A DNA stretch of 64,000 nt from Octopus sinensis (Eukaryota). The translations under genes were made by a program, and so were the position numbers. Numbering within the stretch: the first letter of the stretch is position 1; each line of letters begins with the position of its first letter. This document shows, piece by piece, positions 54,714 to 64,000 of this stretch. Location of the stretch: positions 3,286,001 to 3,350,000 of the forward strand of contig NC_043014.1 in the NCBI RefSeq assembly GCF_006345805.1, given 5' to 3'. The notes beneath the pieces were generated by a model that ran no database searches, had not been told where the DNA came from, and saw nothing but the letters and a program-made list of their open reading frames with translations.

Positions 54714-55971
54714 GTAAGATCTGATTTGATAGAAACTAAATCTTGAATGTATCCGGGGCACCAATAGACCTCATGAACACAAGACATCCAGTAATTTAGC
54801 TCGGGTATTATTGTGCTATGTAGGGCATTTAATGTCATTCGTGTGAAGCTGATAAACATTTAATTAAAATTATCAGTAGTCTAGTGTTTTGAAAATCAAA
54901 TAAATGTGAAACCGGTTTGTAAATGTATTAGTATTAATACAAATAACTAAGGTGACAAGCTGAAAGAATGGTTACTGTGCTATGTAGGGCAGATATACAA
55001 CTTGCCCTGGTTTAGTTAAAATCCAGTTGACATTTAATGTCATTCGTGTGAAGCTGATAAACATTTAATTAAAATTATCAGTAGTCTAGTGTTTTGAAAA
55101 TCAAACAAATGTGAAACCGGTTTGTAAATGTATCAGTATTAATACAAATAACTAATGTGACAAGCTGAAAGAATGGTTACTGCACTGAACAAAATGTTTA
55201 GCGACATTTTCTTCTGATTTTATAGTCTGAGTTGAAATACCAGAGAGGTTGGTTTTGCCTTTCAGCCTTTCAAGGACGATAAAATAAGTACCAGTTACGC
55301 ACTGGAACTGATATAGTCGACTTACTCCCTCTCCTGAAATTGCTGGCCTTGTGCCAAAATTTGAATCTAATATTAATATACGATAACTAGATCTTCACAT
55401 CTGCTCTCTATGTCTTTTCAAATTCATTTATTTTCCCTATCATTTCTGATGTGTGTATGTGTGTGTGTATATAGGTAGGGTGTGTGTGCATGTGTGTGTG
55501 TGTGTGCGTGCATATTTGTGTACGAATATATACATACGTAGGCGCGGGCATGGCTGTGTGGTTAGGGAGCTTGCTTCCTAGCTACATGGTTTCGGGTTCA
55601 GTCCCACTGCATGGCACTTTGGGTAGGTGTCTTCCACTATAGCCCCGAGCCGACCGGAGCTTTGTGATTGAATTCGGTAGGTGGAAGTTACTGCCGTGTG
55701 TGTATGTGTGCGTATAGCTGCTCAGTGCCTCTCCGAAAGAGAGAGAGAGAGGGATAGACACACATTCACATAGTTTCTGAATGCACAGCACATTATCGTG
55801 GAAAGTCAGGTAATCTGGAGATGCTGTCAATAAATCGATTCAACAGCCGTCCATTGATTTTTGAAACGTTCGTAATGGAAAAAACTGGAAAACTAGTAAT
55901 TTGTTATCTGCTTTTTCTTTTAACCCATATATTCATATATTTATAAATTTATATCTGTGGTGTTATTTTAG

Positions 55972-56137
55972 ATGTGGTGTTTGCACATTTCAACAGCCGA
56001 TGTGGTAACAAGATGAAGACAGTTGTGCTAAAATCTGCATCCAATGAAGATGGTCAACATCCGGTGTATATACAGAAAATCAGTGAAGTTGACGTCGACC
56101 ATGACAGTAAGGTTTACATCCGGAGACCAAACGTTAA
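55972..56137 (+). CDS. PKHD1L1: Fibrocystin-L-like exon 8 (not in the ORF track)
   Basis: ttag acceptor; DVVFAHFNSRCG..NEDGQHPV..SKVYIRRPNV; GTAAGA donor; phase 1 to 2, matching the neighbouring exons. Confidence 0.9.
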
Positions 56138-56681
56138 GTAAGAATGGCTTCGTTCTTTTGAGCTTTGATAATTTATGCACCTCTGTGTGTGTTTGTGTGT
56201 GTGTTTGATTGTGTGTGTGTGTGTGTGTTTGTTTGTGTGTGTGCTTGTGTGTATTTGCGTTTGTGTGTTTATGTGTTTGTATGTGTGTGTTCATGTGTGT
56301 GTTTGTGTGTGTGTGTGTGTTTTTTGTATGTGTGATGTGTGTGTTTTTGTATATGTGATGTGTGTGTTTCTGTTTGTGTGTGTGTGTAGGTCTATGCATG
56401 GGTATATGCGTATACTTGTGTAAGTAATTCTGTATGCTCCAGTGTGTGTATATATGTGTATATACTCTTTTATTCTTTTATTGTGAGTGAATTTGTTTGA
56501 AGGAAATAATTCAAGTTTGTACCAGTAATTATTGGGGCACTGGAGTATCTAACAAACTGCCTAAGTACCAATTTAAGAAATTAGGACTCTCAAAACCAGA
56601 AAGGAGAAAGCTAATTAGAAGGTTACAGATTCCAAGCATTAATGGAACTGTAAAATTTTGTATAAAACTTTCCTGAAGTTA

Positions 56682-56843
56682 GGCGCAGGAGTGGCTGTGT
56701 GGTAAGTAGCTTGCTAACCAGCCACATGGTTCCGGGTTCAGTCCCACTGCGTGGTATCTTGGGCAAGTGTCTTCTGCTATAACCCCGGGCCGACCAAAGC
56801 CTTGTGAGTGGATTTGGTAGACGGAAACGGAAAGAAGCCCGTC

Positions 56844-56896
<53 letters not shown>

Positions 56897-57120
56897 TGTG
56901 TGTGTTTGTGTGTCTGTGTTTGTCCCCCTAGCATTGCTTGACAACCGATGCTGGTGTGTTTATGTACCCGTCACTTAGCGGTTCGGCAAAAGAGACCGAT
57001 AGAATAAGTACTTGGCTTACAAAAGAATAAGTCCTGAGGTCGAGTTGCTCGATTAAAAGCGGTGCTCCAGCATGGCCGCAGTCAAATGACTGAAACAAGT
57101 AAAAGAGTAAAGAGTAAAGA
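56682..57120 (+). mobile_element. SINE family A
   Basis: Near-identical to 15449-15865. Confidence 0.9.
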
Positions 57121-57269
57121 AGTTTAAAATTTAAGTAAATAAGCTCATGCCCAAACATGAAAGTATATGCATAAGAATACATACATAAAACAAAACATAT
57201 AAATCTGTACTTGCACTGGCTCCAGATACTGCACACATACACATGCACAAATATCCTGTAGATGTTGTT

Positions 57270-58250
57270 GAGGTGGTGGCTGGCAGAAACGTTAGCACGC
57301 CGGGCGAAACGCTTAGCGGTATTTCGTCTGCCGTTACGTTCTGAATTCAAATTTCGCCGAGGTCGACTTTGCCTTTCATCCTTTCCGGGGTCAATAAATT
57401 AAGTACCAGTTGCGTACTGGGGTCGATGTAATCGACTTAATACCTATGTCTGTCCTTGTTTGTCCCCTCTATGTTTAACCCCTTGTGGGTAGTAAAGAAA
57501 TAGAAATAGGTATTTCGTCTGTCGCTATGTTCTGAGTTCAAATTCCGCCGAGGTCGACTTTGCCTTTCATCCTTTCCGGGGTCAATAATTAAGTACCAGT
57601 TGCGTACTGGGGTCGATGTAATCGACTTAATACCTATGTCTGTCCTTGTTTGTCCCCTCTATGTTTAACCCCCTCGTGGGTAGTAAAGAAATAGAATAGG
57701 TATTTTTCGTCTGTCGCTATGTTCTGAGTTCAAATTCCGCCGAGGTCGACTTTGCCTTTCATCCTTTCGGGGTCGATAATTAAGTACCAGTTGCGTACTG
57801 GGGTCGATGTAATCGACTTAATACCTATGTCTGTCCTTGTTTGTCCCCTCTATGTTTAACCCCTTGTGGGTAGTAAAGAAATAGAAATAGGTATTTCGTC
57901 TGTCGCTATGTTCTGAGTTCAAATTCCGCCGAGGTCGACTTTGCCTTTCATCCTTTCGGGGTCGATAAATTAAGTACCAGTTACGCACTGGGGTCGATGT
58001 AATCGACTTAATACCTATGTCTGTCCTTGTTTGTCCCCTCTATGTTTAACCCCTTGTGGGTAGTAAAGAAATAGAAATAGGTATTTCGTCTGTCGCTATG
58101 TTCTGAGTTCAAATTCCGCCGAGGTCGACTTTGCCTTTCATCCTTTCGGGGTCGATAAATTAAGTACCAGTTGCGTACCGGGGTCGATCTAATCGACTGG
58201 TCCCCCTCCCCAAAAAATTCGGGCCTTGTGCTTAGAGTAGAAAAGAATAT
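57270..58250 (+). repeat. Family-B SINE-like element with about five tandem ~190-bp units
   Basis: TTCAAATT(C/T)CGCCGAGGTCGAC recurs at about 57346, 57537, 57729, 57918 and 58108. Confidence 0.88.
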
Positions 58251-58464
58251 TCTCCTGTCTTGCTATCACATGCCTTGATATCACATTGTCACCTCATATC
58301 TAAATGTTGATATCCTCATCTTTTAATATTTATATTACTAAGTCTTGATATGTCGATGTCCTGATATTCTCTTTTCTCGACACACCGTATCTTGATATCT
58401 TTATCTTTTTAATATCGTCCTCTCTTGACCTTACAATGTTTCACAAAATATTTCCACGTTTCAG

Positions 58465-58703
58465 AAAAATCAACTCAGCGGATTGTGTGGACATGGACTG
58501 CGATGGCCAAAAGAAAGTGTTGCTCGTGGACACCGACGGAAGTTTTATTAAGGGCGACCCCCCGGTCAGTGTGTTCTCTGAGTCAGAGTGGGAGTGGGGT
58601 GGGGACAAGCGGCGAGGGCTCGGCGACTACCGGATCCCAAAAGTAGCCAGGGCGTATCCAAACGGCTCCAAAATGGCAATTGAGGAATTAGCAACAGGAA
58701 GAG
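58465..58703 (+). CDS. PKHD1L1: Fibrocystin-L-like exon 9
   Basis: INSADCVDMDCDGQKKVLLVDTDGSF..SEWEWGGDKRRGLGDYRIPK, a motif characteristic of PKHD1L1; GTAAGT donor. Confidence 0.95.
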
Positions 58704-59230
58704 GTAAGTCGATGGATGCTGCGAGAATTAGAATATTCCATTTATGTGTGGGGGGGGGGTAAGCGTGTGTGTGGGTGTGTGTGTGATTTTATTGGAGACA
58801 GATGTGGTGGTGGTGGTGGTGATGGTGGTGGTAGTGGTGGTGGTGGTAGTGGTGGTGGTGATGGTGTCACTGATGTTCATTTCGTTCTTTATCCCCTGGT
58901 CACCCTCGGTCAAGAGAACCCATGGTCAAAAGGGTTCTTTCTGCGATCATCTTTTCTTTTGTGATCACGTGGCTTAGTCGTTGCAGTGCTTCTCTCATGA
59001 TCACGGTTTCGATTCCCGTATTGGGTAGTTAGTTGTGTTCTTGAGCAAAACACTTCGTTTCAAATCGCCGCAGTTCACTCAGCCGTAAAACTAATTCCAT
59101 TTGTCATTTGTGAATATAAGTTTGGAGAGAAGGGAAGGAAGGAGGAGTGGTCATGGAGGGGTTGTAGTAGATGGTGGTGATGAGGCGTTGGGGTTATTTG
59201 CTCAAAAAATAACAATGAATATTAAACATA

Positions 59231-59401
59231 GGCGCAGGAGCGGCTGTGTGGTAAGTAGCTTGCTTACCAACCACATGGTTCCGGGTTCAGTCCCACTGCG
59301 TGGCATCTTGGGCAAGTGTCTTCTGCTATAGCCCCGGGCCGACCAATGCCTTGTGAGTGGATTTGGTAGACGGAAACTGAAAGAAGCCTGTCCTATATAT
59401 G

Positions 59402-59460
<59 letters not shown>

Positions 59461-59684
59461 GTGTGTGTTTGTGTGTCTGTGTTTGTCCCCCTAGCATTGC
59501 TTGACAACCGATGCTGGTGTGTTTACGTCCCCGTTACTTAGCGGTTCGGCAAAATAGACCGATAGAATAAGTACTGGGCTTACAAAGAATAAGTCCCGGG
59601 GTCGATTTGCTCGGCTAAAGGCGGTGCTCCAGCATGGCCGCAGTCAAATGACTGAAACAAGTAAAAGAGTAAAAGAGTAAAGAG
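59231..59684 (+). mobile_element. SINE family A
   Basis: Near-identical to 15449-15865. Confidence 0.9.
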
Positions 59685-60082
59685 GGAGTATTGATGTTCA
59701 GATAAAATTTTGCCCCTTTTTTTTTGCACTGGAAAGCTTGATTTTTGCTTTCAAAATACTGAATTAATTTATATAATTATATAAATCAATTATATAATTA
59801 TTTAAATCAGTCAAACTAATCTAATTGTGTGATAGATCCGTCTCTTGGTTAATTACCTCCATTTGACTCTTTGGGTTCCTTCAGCAGAATGTACTCTGTT
59901 GCATGCATTCCAAGTGAGGCCTCCAGTTTGAGGGCATCTTCCTCTTTCCTTCCAGTCACAGAGGCCTTCTAAGGGACCATGGGACACAGTATTTCCTCAT
60001 GACTAAATTAAAAGGAAAACAAAGAAACGAATTATTTTTCTTCTAATTAGTAACGTTTTCCTCTAAAGTCTATACATTGGGT

Positions 60083-60710
60083 AAACCTGGACGTTATCAA
60101 AGAAGCTTGAGAGGCGGTTGGATGGAACTTACACCCGCCTCCTTATGACAGCTCAAAATCTCTCGTGGAAGCGTCATCCAACCAAAGTACAAATATATGG
60201 GAAATTACCACCTGTATCATCTCTTGTGCAAGGTAGAAGAGTCCAGAAGGCGGCGAGCTGGCAGAGTCGTTAGCACGCCGGGCGAAATGCTTAGTGGCAT
60301 TTCGTCTGCGGTTACATTCTGAGTTCAAATTCCGCCGAGGTCGACTTTGCCTTTCATCCTTTCGGGGTCGATTAAATAAGTACTAGTTACGCACTGGGGT
60401 CGATATAATCGACTTAATTCGTTTGTTTGTCTTCTCTGTGTTTAGCCCCTTGTGGGTAGTAAAGAAATAGGTAGAAGAGTCCAGTTTGCTGGACATTGTT
60501 GTAGAGCTGAAAACGAGATAATTTCTACTCTTCTCCCCTAGAAGCCATCTGTATACGATACCAGAGGGCGCACACTCTCCTACCCTGATGTAATCTCCAG
60601 GGATACAGGCATCCAGCAACAGGACCTCCGTAATGCTATGATGGACCGTGAGATCTGGCGTAACATAGTAAATTCCATTGTCTCGACCACGGTCGAACAA
60701 TGATGATGAA
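60083..60710 (+). mobile_element. RTE-clade LINE 3' end interrupted by SINE B (16-bp TSD)
   Basis: TWTLSKKLERRLDGTYTRLL..SWK.H..RRVQFAGHC.R..AMMDREIWR; AGGTAGAAGAGTCCAG at 60231-60246 and 60469-60484. Confidence 0.85.
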
Positions 60711-60888
60711 ACAAAATGGTGCTGGAGGCCCACGAAAAGTGTTAATGTAACCCTCAAATAGGACCCCTAAAGAAATGGTTCTCAACCATTTTTTTCTTAT
60801 CGACCCTTTCGATTCCTGTTTCACTTGTATGGACCTTATAACCATTCCATATTTAAAAATCCTTTGGTTATTTTTTTTTATTATCAAA

Positions 60889-61195
60889 CTAGCAGTATTG
60901 CCCGGCATTGCTCGGGTTTGTAAGGGAAATAACTATATAAGCATTTTTAGAGAGTTATTTCCCTTATATAACCCGAGCAAAAATCATTAAAAATGCGGAA
61001 ACATGATAGTAATTTTTTTTTTAAATCATAGACCCATCGTAGACGCGCGCTAATACCCAGAAGGGCTCGATATGAATGACGATTATAAGATACCCGCATT
61101 TGGTTAAACTGCACCGCAAAATGTGGGAGTAGTTAGGAATCTAAATCGGAGGAGACAGACTCTCACACACACAACTTTAATTTTATATATAAAGA
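60889..61195 (-). mobile_element. Non-autonomous Helitron
   Basis: Minus strand A|TC..CTAG|T with the same subterminal hairpin as 21708-22103. Confidence 0.85.
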
Positions 61196-61421
61196 TATTA
61201 TCAAGGACGTCGAGCTGGCAGAATTATTAGCGTGCCAGGCGAAATGCTTAGCAGTATTTCGTTTGTCTTCACGTTCTGAGTTCAAATATCACCGTACTTT
61301 AATTCATAGAGTACGACACAGAAATCTTCTGTAAGTGAATGACACGAGTCAGCACCAAGATCTCTCTTCCTCTCTGCAAACCCAGTAAATTCACTTTAAA
61401 CGCTTTCGTTTTTATTTCCAG

Positions 61422-61667
61422 GAATTGTTCGAAACTCCAACTGCGTGCTCCAAAACCAGTGGCAGGCTTACCAATGCAACAACAGTGAATACGCCATGAT
61501 GATAATCGAAAGTTTGGACGAGGACACAGAGACGCGACGACTTTCGCCAGTTGCCATCGTCGGTAACAAATACATAGACTTGATCAACGGTCCGCAGGAT
61601 CACGGCTGGTGTTCAGGTTATACGTGCCGCAAGAGAATTTCTACTTTCATGGCCATCGTTGACCCCA
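61422..61667 (+). CDS. PKHD1L1: Fibrocystin-L-like exon 10
   Basis: GIVRNSNC..WQAYQC..MMIIESLDEDTETRRLSPVA..YIDLINGPQDHGWCSGYTCRKRISTFMAIV; GTGAGT donor. Confidence 0.95.
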
Positions 61668-61808
61668 GTGAGTTACGCTATCCATTTTCACACCGAATTC
61701 ATATTTACCCTCTTCCTCTTCATATTCTTCTTCTTCTTCTTCTTCTTCTTCTTCTTCTTCTTCTTCTTCTTCTTCCTCTTCCTCCTCCTCCTCCTCCTCC
61801 TCCTCTTC

Positions 61809-61851
<43 letters not shown>

Positions 61852-62033
61852 ATATGAAGGAAATGATGGAGTGATGGTCACTGTATTTAAGATAACTCTT
61901 GTAATTTGTCATTTGACAAAAAGAAAACGTGCAAATATTTTTTGTCGTTTGTCATTTTATATTTTTATTTATTTTTGTATCTTTTCGTATATTTATTTAT
62001 TTATTATTATTTATTTATTTATTTTTTTTGCAG

Positions 62034-62791
62034 CCTACCCATTTGATATTTATTTTTCAAGCACCACCCCGCAGAAACTCCGTCTCCGTTTACTAAACAC
62101 CGACAAGAAGATCTCAGTATCAGTCTACTACCAATTTCCAAATAGACAAGATGTCTTCGATTACACAAATACTTTTATTCTACCGAAAAACGCTTACATG
62201 GACAATGACGAGATGAAATACAAGACGGTGAAAGAGTCAAACCGAAAGGCTTTTCTACCGACCACTGCTGATGCAGTGGCCACAAATTTCTTTGACCGTT
62301 TGGAACAGAAAGTCTATGTCATAGTTGAAGGAGGGAAACCGGTAGATATTCGTGTCAACCCGATTGTAGTTGTTACATTCTCTTTCGGGGGAGTAAGTGA
62401 GAGCGAATTCTTTGGAGAAAATCTGGTCAGAAACTTGGCACTTTTCCTCGGTATTTCCGCTAGTAAGGTGAGAATTGTAGATATTGTGAAAGAAGGTACA
62501 GCCAGACGTAAGAAACGGGCTGTGTCCGGGGTGAAGGTCACCACGGAGATCGGGGATCAGCCGTCCAGTGAGAGTAATGTTACAAACTCCAGTGTTCCCA
62601 CCAACAGTTCTTTGTCGTCTCAAAGTTTGCAGAACATCTCGTCGCAGTTAGTGAACAGCCGACAGTTGAGATCTTTGGATCAGCACCTTAATTACCAAAT
62701 AGTCAGCATGGCGATGACCCCTCCTGTGGTTCCAGTCACTGACCCTAACTGGAGCAAGACGCAACAGACGAACTCTACTTACGCAGTCAAG
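62034..62791 (+). CDS. PKHD1L1: Fibrocystin-L-like exon 11 (contains furin-type RRKKR)
   Basis: gcag acceptor; FDIYFSSTTPQKLRLRLLN..RQDV..FFGENLVRNLALFLGISASKVRIV..RRKKR; GTAAAT donor; gene continues beyond the window. Confidence 0.92.
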
Positions 62792-62816
62792 GTAAATGAT
62801 GATGATGATGATGATT

Positions 62817-62852
<36 letters not shown>

Positions 62853-63528
62853 ATAATAATAATAATAATAATAATTATTATTATTATTATTATTATTATC
62901 ATCATAATGATAATTAATAATAATGATGATTATTATAATAATGATGATGATGATGATGATGATGACGGACTCCCCTGTCGAAGACGATGCATGAGTGTCC
63001 AGCACTTTTGCCCAACGACCTACACAAATGATTTGCTTATAGAGATCAAATGTTCATGCCGTACATTAGCTCCCCCTTCTCTCTCCCCGTCAAATCGACT
63101 TTGCATGAACAGGTGCACAAGTCTACCACGTGTCAGGTGTCGAAGTGATCGCAGAGCAAAGTGAGGTGAAATGTTTTGCTCAAGAACACAACGTGCCACC
63201 TGGTCTAGGAATTGAAACCACGATCTCGCGAGCGTGAAGGCAACACTTTAAACCACTAGGCCAGAAATTTGTGGGGAGGCGAATGGGGGGGGGGGCTAGT
63301 CGATTACATCGACCCCCAGTACTCAACTGGTACTTTTTTTATCGATCTCGAAAGGATGAAAAGCAAATACGACATCGGCGGAATCTGAACTCAAAAACGC
63401 GCAGACGGATGAAATGCCACTAAGTATTTTGTCCGGCATGCTGTGGATTCTGCTGTGGATTCTGCTAGCTCGATGCCTTCAATAACAACAACAAAAATAA
63501 TTGTTTCTAATTTAGTTACAAAGCTAAA

Positions 63529-63940
63529 GGCGCAGGAGTGGCTCTGTGGTAAGTAGCTGGCTAACCAACCACATGGTTCTGGGTTCAGTCCCACTGCGTG
63601 GAATCTTGGGCAAGTGTCTTCTGCTATAGCCCCGGGCCGACCAATGCCTTGTGAGTGGATTTGGTAGACGGAAACTGAAAGAAGCCTGTCGTATATACGT
63701 ATATATATATGTGTGTGTGTTTGTGTGTCTGCGTTTGTCCCCCTAGCATTGCTTGACAACCGATGCTGGTGTGTTTACGTCCCCGTTACTTAGCGGTTCG
63801 GCAAAAAAGAGACCGATAGAATAAGTACTGGGCTTACAAAGAATAAGTTCCGGGGTCGATTTGCTCGACTAAAGGCGGTGCTCCAGCGTGGCCGCAGTCA
63901 AATGACTGAAACAAGTAAAAGAGTAAAGAGTAAGGAGTAA
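63529..63940 (+). mobile_element. SINE family A
   Basis: Near-identical to 15449-15865. Confidence 0.9.
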
Positions 63941-64000
63941 AGCTGGTACTTGGTTGGTACTTTATCTTATCGACTCTGAAAGGATGAAAGGCAAAGCTTT

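Noticed and set aside
62792-62917. Acidic C-terminus after exon 11 (DDDD..NNN..YYY)
   Set aside because: Read-through of a good GTAAAT donor into microsatellite; the protein should continue to a transmembrane segment beyond the window.

Overview
Eukaryotic, AT-rich, repeat-saturated genomic DNA. The microsatellite and tRNA-SINE landscape looks like an octopus genome; this is an inference, not a database result. A 100-N scaffold gap (42846-42945) splits the window. Right of the gap are 11 phase-consistent + strand exons (about 1049 codons, GT-AG introns) of a fibrocystin-L/PKHD1L1-like gene: G8 domain, beta-helix region and a furin-type RRKKR site. The gene is truncated at the gap and continues past the window end. 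Left of the gap I see no host coding exon, only microsatellites, tRNA-SINEs, mariner/maT and LINE remnants, a Helitron, MITEs and tandem arrays. Most notable: (1) at least seven minimal type-I hammerhead ribozyme motifs with intact cores and (near-)palindromic stem III, plus two CUGU-core variants and degenerate copies. They sit in Penelope-like, mostly (TA)n-associated elements, some with inverted repeats, and one is sense inside a PKHD1L1 intron. (2) A four-fold repeated, diverged non-coding module (conserved ~28-bp motif, purine tract, 32-bp minisatellite) hidden under younger repeats at 7.7-24.2 kb. (3) A 366-bp stop-free, in-frame intron in PKHD1L1. All structures were read by eye; no folding program or search was run.
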